From assembly GCA_024225275.1 (NCBI GenBank), contig JAAEMS010000279.1:31662-95661 (forward strand): a DNA stretch of 64,000 bases. The letters run 5' to 3'. Origin of the DNA: Actinomycetes bacterium. Lineage in GTDB: Bacteria > Actinomycetota > Acidimicrobiia > Acidimicrobiales > JAAEMS01. Below are positions 9,820-19,330 of the stretch, piece after piece (position 1 is the stretch's first letter; every line of letters starts with the position of its first letter). The notes under the pieces were generated by a model. That model was not told where the DNA came from, did not search any database, and saw only the letters and a list, made by a program, of their open reading frames with translations. The position numbers and the translations under genes are program-made.

Positions 9820-10785
9820 TCACGGCTGGGGAAACCAGGACTGATACCGGTCGACCAGCAGGCCGGGGAGGCCGCCGGTATGGACAAAGACGGTGGGCTG
9901 GTCGGCGGGCAGGCGGCCCGAGCGGCGGTCAGCGACGAGGGCGGCCATCGCCTTCCCCGAGTACACCGGATCGAGGATGATGCCCTCGGTGCGAACCGCC
10001 AGCTCGAGGGCGGCGTGGCACTCCTCGGTAGGGGTGCCGTAGCCCTCCCCCACCTGGGACCGGTCGAACCCGGCTCGGCCCCCTGGGTCCGGACGGTGGA
10101 TGAGGGCGGCGGCCTCAGACCCGAGTCGGGCGACGAAGCCTTCGAGGGAACGACCACCCACCACGTCAACCCCCATGAGCCGATCCCAGCTACCGAGCCC
10201 GACGCCGAGCCCCGCAGCCGTCCCTCCGCTGCCGACGGCGACATAGACCACCGAACCGGCCGGAGCGACCTGGTCGATCTCGTCGGCCGAGTCGACATAC
10301 CCCAGAGCCCCCACCGGCGACGAGCCGCCGATGGGGATGCGGTACGGGGCACGGCCCTCGGCCTCCAGTTCGTCACAGACCTGGGTGATGGCCGCGTCGA
10401 CCTCGTGGAACCCCAGCGGACCCATCCACCGCTCGTCGAGGCCGAGGAGACGGTCGATGATGATGTTGCCCTCAGGCACCGGGGGCGGATCGGATGAGAA
10501 GACACCCACACAGTCCATGCCGGTGAGCTGGGCTGCGGCCGCGGTCTGGCGCACATGGTTCGACTGGGCCGCCCCACCCGTAACCAGAACGTCGGCCCCC
10601 TCGGCCAGAGCGGCGGCCACCAGGTGCTCGAGCTTGCGGACCTTGTTGCCGCCCCCGGCCAGCCGGGTGAGGTCGTCGCGCTTGATCCACAACATGCCCG
10701 GGCCGAACCCAAGCGCCGCGCCCAGGCGGTCGGCAGGCAGACAGGGGGTGTCGTGGCCCCCCAGATCGACACGTTCAGCAGTCAT
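9820..10785 (-). CDS. D-cysteine desulfhydrase / ACC deaminase family
   Basis: IKRDDL, GGNKVRKLE, QSNH, LDPVYSGK, VHTGG. Confidence 0.9.
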   Translation of the reverse strand: MTAERVDLGGHDTPCLPADRLGAALGFGPGMLWIKRDDLTRLAGGGNKVRKLEHLVAAALAEGADVLVTGGAAQSNHVRQTAAAAQLTGMDCVGVFSSDPPPVPEGNIIIDRLLGLDERWMGPLGFHEVDAAITQVCDELEAEGRAPYRIPIGGSSPVGALGYVDSADEIDQVAPAGSVVYVAVGSGGTAAGLGVGLGSWDRLMGVDVVGGRSLEGFVARLGSEAAALIHRPDPGGRAGFDRSQVGEGYGTPTEECHAALELAVRTEGIILDPVYSGKAMAALVADRRSGRLPADQPTVFVHTGGLPGLLVDRYQSWFPQP

Positions 10786-10821
10786 CGACCACACCCTACG
10801 CCAGCCCCCAACCCCGAGGAT

Positions 10822-10857
10822 GAGGCGGATCGCGTCGCCAGTGACGCGATCCGCCTC
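10822..10857. repeat. REP-like palindrome, copy 1
   Basis: gaggcggatcgcgtc-gccagt-gacgcgatccgcctc; related copies at 26296 and 63158. Confidence 0.75.
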
Positions 10858-10903
10858 GAGATCGCAGAAGGAGCCGAACGGGTGGCTGCTACGCTCCCCG
10901 GCC

Positions 10904-11362
10904 GTGATCGTCTACCTCGTCCGCCACGCGGACGCCGGGGGCCGCCGACCCCGCGACTTCGACAGCAAACGACCCCTCAGCGACCGTGGGGCCGAACGGG
11001 CCCGCACCATCGCCGACGAGCTCCCCGCACCCACTCGCGTCGTGTCGAGCCCGGCTCTGCGCTGCCGCCAGACCGTCGAACCTCTGGCCGACCGTCACGG
11101 CCTGGTCGTCGAGGACGTCGACGAGCTGTTCGAGGGCAGCGACCCCCTCGACACCCTGGCCTGGCTACTCGGTCAGGAGACGGTTGGGCCTCTGGTGTGT
11201 TCCAGCCACGGCGACCTCATCCCCGAGCTGATCGACCATGTCATCCACCACGGGGCCCTCAACGACGGGGCCCGTACCAGCTTCGCCAAAGGGTCGGTGT
11301 GGGAGCTGACCTTCGAGGCCGACACCTGCACGCGGGCCCGCTGTGTGTCCTCAGGAACCTGA
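10904..11362 (+). CDS. Histidine phosphatase (SixA-like)
   Basis: YLVRHADA, RPLS..G, SSPALRCRQT, SHGDLIP. Confidence 0.85.
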   Translation: MIVYLVRHADAGGRRPRDFDSKRPLSDRGAERARTIADELPAPTRVVSSPALRCRQTVEPLADRHGLVVEDVDELFEGSDPLDTLAWLLGQETVGPLVCSSHGDLIPELIDHVIHHGALNDGARTSFAKGSVWELTFEADTCTRARCVSSGT

Positions 11363-12121
11363 GCCGTCGGCCAGGGCTTCGGCAATCCGGTCGCGAAGAC
11401 CGAAGCTGTCGATGAGCTGAGTCATGTCGAGAGGCGGGTTACTGGCTTCGAAGACCTCGAGCTCAGCTTCCGCCTTCTCGGCGTCGCCCCCGGCCAGGGC
11501 CACGATGGCCCGGAAGGCCCGAGCATCGGGGAACTCGGGCTCGATTTCGATGGCCCGATCGAACTGGATCCACGCCAGGCCGGTCAGCTCATCGACCAGG
11601 GCCTGGTCGTCAGAGCCCCGGGTGGCCAGGTACAGGTACCAACCCCGGTAGGTCACGGCCTCGACGTTCTCGGGGTCGGACTCGAGGATCCCGTCGAGAC
11701 AGGGGATGGCCTCGGCCAGCTCACCCTGGCCGGCCAGGTTCTGGCAGTCGAACAGGGCCTGGCGGGGTGATTGGCGGATCTCACCGGTGATGGTGTCGCC
11801 CTCGCCCCGCTCGCCGGTGAACTGCACCAGCACTACTCCAGCCACCACCAGGCCGGCGACCGTAGCCGCCACCCAGGCCAGGGTGCGGACCCAGCTGGTC
11901 TCGGACTGTGTCCCCTCGAGGTCGAGATGGCGGTCCTCGATGGAACGGATGACCGCCGCGGCACGCACCGTGTAGTCGTCGCGCAGAGTCTCGTAATCAT
12001 CGGGCTCGAGATCACCAGCCTCGAACTCGACCTCCAAGTCATCGAGGGACCGGAGCAAGAAGTCACGTTCCTCCTCGAGGTCGGCCAGAGCGTCGAGATC
12101 GACCCCACGGGATGCCGTCAC
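11351..12121 (-). CDS. TPR membrane protein, CcmI/CycH-like
   Basis: N-terminal 'DLEVEFEAGDL...LRDDY' segment, one TM helix, TPR-like C-terminus; last gene of the ccm operon. Confidence 0.65.
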   Translation of the reverse strand: MTASRGVDLDALADLEEERDFLLRSLDDLEVEFEAGDLEPDDYETLRDDYTVRAAAVIRSIEDRHLDLEGTQSETSWVRTLAWVAATVAGLVVAGVVLVQFTGERGEGDTITGEIRQSPRQALFDCQNLAGQGELAEAIPCLDGILESDPENVEAVTYRGWYLYLATRGSDDQALVDELTGLAWIQFDRAIEIEPEFPDARAFRAIVALAGGDAEKAEAELEVFEASNPPLDMTQLIDSFGLRDRIAEALADGSGS

Positions 12122-12606
12122 CGGGCATCCTCGCCATCATCGGGTTCGGCTTGGTGGCGACGGGCCTGCTCCACCAGGTCGCGGTCGGCGGCGGTAGGGG
12201 CTGCCGTCTCGGCCTCGCGCCAGGAACGGAAAGCCCACGCCAGACCGGCCAGACCGGCCAACAGCGCGACAATGGGCAGGATCCACACCAGGGCCACGAA
12301 GCCGGTCCTCTCCGGTTCGAGCAGTACCCGTCGGCCGTAGCTGAGAACCAATTGGTCGCGGATCTCGGCATCGGTGGCGCCCTCGTCGACCCGAACGGTG
12401 ATGAACCGGCGAATGGTGTCAGCCACCGGGGCGTTCGACTCGGCCACCGACTGGCCGTCGCATTCCGGGCAGGCGATCTGGCGCTGGAGACGTTCGGTGC
12501 GCTCGCCGGGGTCGGCCGGTCCATCGTCGCCGCCGGCGCCCCACAGCAGGGCCGCGACGAGTACGACCGCGAGGATCGCCCAGGGGGCCCAACGGCGCAG
12601 GTTCAC
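12118..12606 (-). CDS. ccmH: Cytochrome c biogenesis protein CcmH
   Basis: IACPECDGQSVAESNA, YG..VLLEP..WILP. Confidence 0.9.
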   Translation of the reverse strand: MNLRRWAPWAILAVVLVAALLWGAGGDDGPADPGERTERLQRQIACPECDGQSVAESNAPVADTIRRFITVRVDEGATDAEIRDQLVLSYGRRVLLEPERTGFVALVWILPIVALLAGLAGLAWAFRSWREAETAAPTAADRDLVEQARRHQAEPDDGEDAR

Positions 12607-13169
12607 GAGTCAGGCTCCACATAGCTGTCGATGATGGCGTCGAGCTGATCGGCGGTGACCGAGCTGAACAGCTTCTGCACCACCACCCCGTTGGGAGCAA
12701 CGATATAGGTCTCGGCGGCCTTGGTGACCTGGTAGCTCACCGCCACTGAGCCATCGGTGTCGATCACCACCGGCCACTCGCCGCCCCGCTCGGCGAAGAA
12801 CTCCCGAACGTCCTCGGGCTGGTCGATGTAGACGACACCAACCACCCGGCGGTCACCGGTGGCGACATGACGCTCGGAGAACTCGACCAGCTCCGGATGC
12901 TCTCGAATGCAGGGTGCACACCAGGTGGCGAAGAAGTTGACGGCCACCCAGCTGCCCTGGAGGTCGTCGAGGTCGAAGGCGTGACCGTCGATGTCGGTGC
13001 TGACGATGGGCGGGGCCAACTCGCCGATCAGGTCTGCCCCCCTGAGCTCGTTCGAGGCGGTGTCGCGGGTGGCGAGCAGCACAACCAGCCCCAGCAGGGC
13101 AACCCCCACCACCGAGGCAATCACTCGGGCCGACGGGCCCCGGGGCCGATCAGGAGAGGGATCGGTCAT
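12603..13169 (-). CDS. ccmG: Thiol:disulfide oxidoreductase CcmG/DsbE (TlpA family)
   Basis: NFFATWCAPCIREHP after a TM anchor; position in operon. Confidence 0.85.
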   Translation of the reverse strand: MTDPSPDRPRGPSARVIASVVGVALLGLVVLLATRDTASNELRGADLIGELAPPIVSTDIDGHAFDLDDLQGSWVAVNFFATWCAPCIREHPELVEFSERHVATGDRRVVGVVYIDQPEDVREFFAERGGEWPVVIDTDGSVAVSYQVTKAAETYIVAPNGVVVQKLFSSVTADQLDAIIDSYVEPDS

Positions 13170-15145
13170 GACTGGGGAATGAGAGGCTCGGCGTCGGGTA
13201 CCGGAGCCGAGACCGGATCGGTGCCCCGGCGGCGCCGGCCCGGGAAGGCCGACAACACGGTACCGAGCCCCATGATCAGGCCACCGGTCCAGATCCATGT
13301 GACGAGGGGCTGGACGATGACCCGCACCAACACTGAGCCCTGGGGACCCGACGGCTCTTCGATCAGGGACAGGTAGATGTCCTCGCGGAAGCCCGGTCGG
13401 ACCGACGGCGTACCAATGATCTGCCCACTGACGATGAAGCGGCTGAGGGTCGGCTCGTACACACCGCTGGAGCCCACCTGGATCTGGGCCGCCACCTCGA
13501 CCTTCTCTTCGTGCTGGGTCTCGGTGGAGCCGATGGCGGTCAGGGTGTGGCCGGCAACCTCGGTCGACTCACCGGGCTCGAGGCGCACGACCCGATCGGT
13601 GAGAAACGAGGACGAGGCGGCGAGGCCAACCGCCACGAGTACGACTCCGAGATGGACGATCATGCCCCCATTGGCCCGGCCCACGAAGCCCCGCCAGCCC
13701 TGGCGGCGGCTGGCCAGCACCAGCTGACGCAGAGCGGAACCGGCAGCGAAGCCGCCCAGGCCGAAAGCGATCAGCGGAGCGACACCGCGGGCTCCGATGA
13801 CCACTGAGAGCACGACGGCCGCCACCCCGATCCACGCCGGCCAGCGCAATCGGTCGGCCAGGATCTCGCCCGATGCCTTGCGCCACGGCAGCATCGGAGC
13901 CACGGCCATGAGGAACAGCAGGCTCATGCCGATGGGCATGGTCATCCGGTCGAAGTAGGGGGTGCCGACCGAGATCTCATCGCCCTTGACAGCTTCGACC
14001 AACAAGGGGAACACAGTGCCCAGGAGTACGACGAAGGCGAAGGCCGCGAACAGCACATTGTTGGCCAGGAACGCACCCTCGCGAGAGATCGGCGAGTCGA
14101 TACGACCCGGGGCCCGGAGCCGATCCCCCCGCCAGGCAATGAGGCCCACCGGTACCGCGATGGTGGCGGCGAAGAGGCCGAGGAGGGCAGGGCCGATACC
14201 GGACTCGGAGAAGGCATGGACCGAGGCGATCACACCCGACCGGGTGAGAAAGGTGCCCAGGATGGTCAGCGAGAACGTGGCACACAGCAGGGACAGGTTC
14301 CAGACCCGCAGCATGCCCCGCCGTTCCTGGACCATGACCGAGTGGATGTACGCGGTGCCGGTCAGCCAGGGCAGGAACGAGGCGTTCTCGACCGGGTCCC
14401 ACGCCCAGTAGCCACCCCAACCAAGCACCTCATAGCTCCACCAGGCCCCGAGCACGATGCCCACGGTGAGAAACCCCCACGCGATGAGAGTCCACCGCCG
14501 GGTGGCCACCAACCATCCTTCACCCAGCCGGCCGGTGACCAGGGCCCCGATGGCGAAGGCGAACGGCACGGTGAAACCCACGTAGCCCAGGTAGAGCATG
14601 GGTGGGTGGAAGGCCATGAGAGGGTGGTTCTGGAGCAGGGGGTGGGGCCCGGGCCCGTCGTAGCCGGGCGGTGGCGACACCACACCGAAGGGGTTGGCGG
14701 GTCCGATCATGAGGGCGAAGAAGAACGCCGCCACCAGGAACATGGTGACGAGAGCCCAGGCCATGAGGGGGTCGGTGAGCCGGTCGCGGAAGCGGAAGAT
14801 GACCGCCACCAGGTAGGCGACCAGGATCAGGGACCACAGGATGATCGAACCCTCTAGCGCCCCCCACAGGGTGGCGAAGTTGTAGAGGGCCGGTGTGCGG
14901 CTCGATCCGTGATCAGCCACGAAGTCCACCGTGAAGTCACGGGTGATCAGTGCCCGTTCCATGGCCACCGCAGCGATGAAAGCACCCACCAACGCCACCA
15001 CCGCATGGCTGCGGACAGCCCTCATGAGGTGGGGTTTGCGCTGGACCACCGACACCACCGCGGTAGCCGCGCCCACCAATGACGCGGAGAGCCCGAGTAC
15101 CACTCCCCCGGCCCCGAGCTGGCTGTTGAGGCCGGCCAGGATCAC
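13166..15145 (-). CDS. ccmF: Heme lyase CcmF
   Basis: HPPMLYLGY, WGGYWAWDPVENAS, LTRSG..SVHAF. Confidence 0.95.
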   Translation of the reverse strand: MILAGLNSQLGAGGVVLGLSASLVGAATAVVSVVQRKPHLMRAVRSHAVVALVGAFIAAVAMERALITRDFTVDFVADHGSSRTPALYNFATLWGALEGSIILWSLILVAYLVAVIFRFRDRLTDPLMAWALVTMFLVAAFFFALMIGPANPFGVVSPPPGYDGPGPHPLLQNHPLMAFHPPMLYLGYVGFTVPFAFAIGALVTGRLGEGWLVATRRWTLIAWGFLTVGIVLGAWWSYEVLGWGGYWAWDPVENASFLPWLTGTAYIHSVMVQERRGMLRVWNLSLLCATFSLTILGTFLTRSGVIASVHAFSESGIGPALLGLFAATIAVPVGLIAWRGDRLRAPGRIDSPISREGAFLANNVLFAAFAFVVLLGTVFPLLVEAVKGDEISVGTPYFDRMTMPIGMSLLFLMAVAPMLPWRKASGEILADRLRWPAWIGVAAVVLSVVIGARGVAPLIAFGLGGFAAGSALRQLVLASRRQGWRGFVGRANGGMIVHLGVVLVAVGLAASSSFLTDRVVRLEPGESTEVAGHTLTAIGSTETQHEEKVEVAAQIQVGSSGVYEPTLSRFIVSGQIIGTPSVRPGFREDIYLSLIEEPSGPQGSVLVRVIVQPLVTWIWTGGLIMGLGTVLSAFPGRRRRGTDPVSAPVPDAEPLIPQS

Positions 15146-15675
15146 CTAGAGCACCCCGGAGGGAAGTCACTCTCGCGGTGGATGCGGTCGTCGTTTTCGG
15201 CCACGTACTCCTCTGAGTGCTTCACCAGGATGCGGTCGCTGGCGTACCCTGGGCCGGCCCAGGCCCCTTCGAGCACCACCGGTTGTCCCGGTTCGAACAA
15301 TTCAGGCGGGTCACCGACATGGGAGACATCGGCATGAGCTCCGGCCCACGCGATCGTGAAGGTGACCGTGCCATCGGCGACCGTCTCAGGCTCCGAACAG
15401 ACAATGCCCTGGATCCGGAAGCGGGCGTCGCCGAGGTCGGCCTTCAACTCGACCGCCTCGTCGACATTGTGGAAGAACAAGCTGGCGCTGCCAAGACCCC
15501 GATAGACGACGAAACCAAGGGCGACCAGCAACACCCCGAGCACGAGCACGCTGCCCCCCTTGAAGCGTCTCCCCCCTCGGACCTTGGTGGTGCGGGGCGA
15601 GAGGTCGAGCTCGGTGGCGTCGGCGGACTCGGCGTCGTCGAGGCGGGAGTCGAGGGGGTCGCGGGGAGTGGTCAA
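15142..15675 (-). CDS. ccmE: Heme chaperone CcmE
   Basis: PELFEPGQPVVLEG..ILVKHSEEY (HxxxY); probable TTG start overlapping the ccmD stop. Confidence 0.9.
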   Translation of the reverse strand: MTTPRDPLDSRLDDAESADATELDLSPRTTKVRGGRRFKGGSVLVLGVLLVALGFVVYRGLGSASLFFHNVDEAVELKADLGDARFRIQGIVCSEPETVADGTVTFTIAWAGAHADVSHVGDPPELFEPGQPVVLEGAWAGPGYASDRILVKHSEEYVAENDDRIHRESDFPPGCSR

Positions 15676-15806
15676 CTCCACCTCCTCCGCTCGGGCGGTA
15701 CGTGGCCCGAGAGCCGGCGGCCCCTGACCAGGACCCACAGGGTGTAGGCACCAAGACCGCCGAGGCCGACGATCCAGCTGGACAGCACGAAACCGAGATG
15801 GGTCAT
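15672..15806 (-). CDS. ccmD: Heme exporter protein CcmD-like (44 aa, not in ORF track)
   Basis: MTHLGFVLSSWIVGLGGLGAYTLWVLVRGRRLSGHVPPERRRWS; one TM plus basic tail; overlaps ccmC stop and ccmE start. Confidence 0.75.
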   Translation of the reverse strand: MTHLGFVLSSWIVGLGGLGAYTLWVLVRGRRLSGHVPPERRRWS

Positions 15807-16558
15807 GAGCGGCTCTCCTGGAAGGCTTCGGCCCGTCGTTCGGCGATGGCGTCGTCGAGGCCCCTTTCGGCGAGCTGGCGCTCGAGCCAGATGACCCGGA
15901 ACCGGTGCATGAGCAGCCAGGCATAGACCATGGTGAACACGATCATGCCCAGGAAGAGGCTGAACAGCATCTGGTCGTCGAGGGTGGCGTCGACCCGCGA
16001 AACGGTGGCCGATTGGTGGAGGCTACGCCACCAATCGACGGAGAAATGGATGATGGGAACGTTGATGGCGGCCAGCAGCGCCACTATGGCGGCCCGCCGG
16101 GATCCAACCGTCGGATCGGGCGACGAGGTCCGCATGGCCAGGTAGCCCAGCAACATGATGAAGAGCAGCGAGGTGCTGGTGAGACGGGCGTCCCACACCC
16201 AGTAGGCACCCCAGGTGGGTTTGCCCCACATCATCCCGGTGAACAGGTTGATGGCTACGAACAGGGCCCCCAGTTCGGCCGAGGCGGCCGCGATGAGATC
16301 ACCGAATTCACTCTCCTTCCACAGATAGAACACCGAGCCGACCGCGGTGACCATCACGGCCAGGTAGGCCACGATGGCGGCCGGTACATGGATGTACATG
16401 ATCCGGACCGAGTCCTTCTGGGCGGCGTCAGCCGGGCTGAAGACGAAGGCGAACAGCACCAACAACACGAGGCCGGCGACGGTGACCACGCCGAGGCGGC
16501 GGCTACCCGACGAACCGGTGTGCAGAGGGGGGCTGGGCGCTGGGTTGGTGACGGTCAC
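15803..16558 (-). CDS. ccmC: Heme exporter CcmC
   Basis: MYIHVP, WGKPTWGAYWVWDARLT, WWRSLHQ. Confidence 0.93.
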   Translation of the reverse strand: MTVTNPAPSPPLHTGSSGSRRLGVVTVAGLVLLVLFAFVFSPADAAQKDSVRIMYIHVPAAIVAYLAVMVTAVGSVFYLWKESEFGDLIAAASAELGALFVAINLFTGMMWGKPTWGAYWVWDARLTSTSLLFIMLLGYLAMRTSSPDPTVGSRRAAIVALLAAINVPIIHFSVDWWRSLHQSATVSRVDATLDDQMLFSLFLGMIVFTMVYAWLLMHRFRVIWLERQLAERGLDDAIAERRAEAFQESRS

Positions 16559-17250
16559 GACTCCTCCAGGAGGGTGCCGAAGGACAGCACTCCTACAGCG
16601 GTGTAGACGATGGCGAACACACCAAGCAAGGCGGCCCACCCCCAACCATCGGACGAGGAGCCGGCGAGAGCGGCCTCGAAGGCCTGGGTGGCCCCGATGA
16701 GCACAGGAGCCAGGACAGGGAACAACAGGATGGGCATCAGCGTTTCACGCACCCGAAGGCCGGCCGCCAGGACGCCGTAGAGCGTACCGGCGGAAGCGAT
16801 CCCCGCCGTCGCGGCCAGGGCGGTTGCCCCGATGAGGAGTATTCCCCGCACCGTCACGTCGTAGAGCAGGACAGCACCGACCCCGAGGATGACCTCGAGG
16901 GCGAGCAGCTGGACGATCACGGCTCCGGCCTTGCCCAGGAATATGCCGGCTGGATCGAGGCCGCTCAGGCGGAGCCCGTCGCGATTGGCGTCGGCCGCCT
17001 CGACGGTGAACGCCCTCTGGAGAGCCAGCAGACCGGCGAAGAGAACGGTGATCCAGAACAGACCGGGAGCGGCGATGTCGAGGACGGTGCGATCCTCGCC
17101 GCTGATGCGCAAACCCGGATCGATGGCGAAGGCGAACAGGACCAGGACGAGAAGGGCGAACGGGGTGACCTGATTGGTGGTGACCCGGGACCTCATCTCG
17201 ATGCGCAGGTCCTTGCCCAGGACCAGCCGGGCGTCACGAAGCATCGTCAC
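16555..17250 (-). CDS. ccmB: Heme exporter permease CcmB
   Basis: KDLRIE, multiple TM helices, PILLFPVLAPVLI; operon order. Confidence 0.9.
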   Translation of the reverse strand: MTMLRDARLVLGKDLRIEMRSRVTTNQVTPFALLVLVLFAFAIDPGLRISGEDRTVLDIAAPGLFWITVLFAGLLALQRAFTVEAADANRDGLRLSGLDPAGIFLGKAGAVIVQLLALEVILGVGAVLLYDVTVRGILLIGATALAATAGIASAGTLYGVLAAGLRVRETLMPILLFPVLAPVLIGATQAFEAALAGSSSDGWGWAALLGVFAIVYTAVGVLSFGTLLEES

Positions 17251-17902
17251 CCTCTACCTGCTCGTCGGCCACCACGGTTCCACCGGCAATGGTGACGATC
17301 CGGTGGGCCAGACTCTCGGCCCGGTCGAGCTCGTGGGAGGCCACCAGGACGGTCGCTCCTGTTCGTGCTGCCTGGCCGACCAGCCCGTCGAGCAGGTCGC
17401 GACCGGCTCGATCGAGCCCCGCGTGAGGCTCGTCGAGTAGCCACAGCTCGGGCCGCCGGGCCAGAAGGATGGCGATGGCGGTGCGTCGACGCTGCCCGGC
17501 CGAGAGCCGCGACACCCCGACATCCGCGAGGCGCCCGTCGAGTCCCATGACCGCGAGCCCATTGGCGATGTCGTCGTCACCAGCGCCGGTGGCCCGACCC
17601 CAGAACCGCACATTGTCGGTGACCGTCAGTTCGTCGTAGAGGCTGGTGGCATGCCCCAGCAGCCCCACGTGGGCCCGGACCTTCCCACGATCGGCCAACA
17701 GATCGTGGCCCAACACCTCGGCCTGGCCCGACACCACCGGGACGAGGCCGGCGCAGGCCCGCAGCAATGTGGACTTGCCGGCCCCGTTGGGCCCTTTGAG
17801 CAAGACGATCTCGCCCCGGTCAACCTCGAGATCGACGCCGGCGAGGGCTGGGAAACGGCCCAGTACTGATACGGCATCTCGTAGCAGCACCGCGGGTCCC
17901 AT
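17234..17902 (-). CDS. ccmA: Heme ABC exporter ATPase CcmA
   Basis: GPNGAGKS, LSAGQRRR, WLLDEP. Confidence 0.9.
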   Translation of the reverse strand: MGPAVLLRDAVSVLGRFPALAGVDLEVDRGEIVLLKGPNGAGKSTLLRACAGLVPVVSGQAEVLGHDLLADRGKVRAHVGLLGHATSLYDELTVTDNVRFWGRATGAGDDDIANGLAVMGLDGRLADVGVSRLSAGQRRRTAIAILLARRPELWLLDEPHAGLDRAGRDLLDGLVGQAARTGATVLVASHELDRAESLAHRIVTIAGGTVVADEQVEGDDAS

Positions 17903-17984
17903 GAGGAGGTGAGCGTACCGGTGCCGACGGTTCAGGAGGTAGCCGCCGCCTCACGGTGAGCGGTCTCGTGCCGAAGTAGAGGGT

Positions 17985-19286
17985 GTGAGGGAGTCCCAAG
18001 ATATCGCCGCGCTCCGGGAGCAACTGCGCGAAGGCCGAAGGAAGACAACCCCGAGGCGGCCGACCGAGCCCTCACCCGACCGGTACGCTCCTCATCACTA
18101 CCCTGCCCCGGAGGTGGTCATTCCCGTGTGGGCCCGGAGGCTCGGCCGCGTCGGCCGCGTCATGATCGCGTCAGGCGTCTTGATTCTTCTCTTCGTCGCC
18201 TACCAGTTGTACGGCACCGGCTTGGCCGAGGCGCGGGCCCAAGACGACCTGTCGTCGAGCTTCGAGGATCGCCAGGCCCTTCTCGCCGACGCGCTCGACC
18301 TCGACCCCAGCACCGTCGAGGCCAGCCCTTCCACCACCAACACCCCAACGGCCCCCACCGGCGCCACCACCACGACAGCCCCCCTACCCACACCGGACAC
18401 CACCCCAACGACCGCATCCGTTCTTCCCCTGCTCACCCCCGAGGCCGTCGACGCCCTGTACCCGGCCGACGGTGAGGTCCTCGGGCGCCTGTTCATCCCC
18501 GCCATCGGAGTCGACAAATTCTTCGTCGAGGGCACGTCGGTGGGTGACCTCAAGAAGGGTCCTGGCCACTACCGGTCCAGCCCCTTGCCCGGCCAGCCCG
18601 GCAATGCGTCGATCGCCGGCCACCGCACCACCTGGGGCCAACCCTTCCACGACGTCGACAAACTCCAGCCCGGCGACGACATCGTGGTCGAGACCCTCCA
18701 GGGCATCTTCACCTACCGGGTCATGGCCCAGGACGACGGTGAGGGAGGCGAGCTCGGCCACCACATCGTGACGCCCCGCCAGATCGAGGTTCTCAACGAC
18801 TTCGACGACAACCGACTGACCCTCACCGCCTGCCACCCGAAGTTCAGCGCTCGCCAGCGCATCATCGTGGTGGCCGAACTGGTGGGAGAACCGGCCCTGT
18901 CGGTACCCCGATCCGTCGCCGACGACGCCGACGACAAGCTCGGCGCCGACGAGGCCAACCAGGGCGACACCACCGACACCACCGACCTGGGAGCAGTGAC
19001 CAGCGACGACGCACCCGACGGCGACGGCACCTCCGAGGTGGCATCCAGCGAGTCGATCACCGCGGCTCCCAACCTGGACGAAGGCCTGGGCTGGGACCGC
19101 TCGGCCCTGCCCATCGCCATCATCTGGGGCCTGATCGCGGGCGCCATCTGGTTCGCCACCTGGTGGATTTCGCGACCCAGGGAAGGTTGGCGTCGGGCCG
19201 CTCCCTACGGCTTGGGCGGGCCGGTCTTCTTCATCGCTCTCTGGTTCTGTTTTGTTGGCCTCGACCAGTTCCTGCCGGCCTATTGA
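17985..19286 (+). CDS. Class E-like sortase with two extra C-terminal TM helices
   Basis: GPGHY, IAGHRTT, LTLTACHP, R in ARQRII; start position uncertain. Confidence 0.88.
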   Translation: MRESQDIAALREQLREGRRKTTPRRPTEPSPDRYAPHHYPAPEVVIPVWARRLGRVGRVMIASGVLILLFVAYQLYGTGLAEARAQDDLSSSFEDRQALLADALDLDPSTVEASPSTTNTPTAPTGATTTTAPLPTPDTTPTTASVLPLLTPEAVDALYPADGEVLGRLFIPAIGVDKFFVEGTSVGDLKKGPGHYRSSPLPGQPGNASIAGHRTTWGQPFHDVDKLQPGDDIVVETLQGIFTYRVMAQDDGEGGELGHHIVTPRQIEVLNDFDDNRLTLTACHPKFSARQRIIVVAELVGEPALSVPRSVADDADDKLGADEANQGDTTDTTDLGAVTSDDAPDGDGTSEVASSESITAAPNLDEGLGWDRSALPIAIIWGLIAGAIWFATWWISRPREGWRRAAPYGLGGPVFFIALWFCFVGLDQFLPAY

Positions 19287-19330
19287 CCCACCGGGTCGCC
19301 CTCGGCCAACTCGCCGCCCATACTGGGCAC

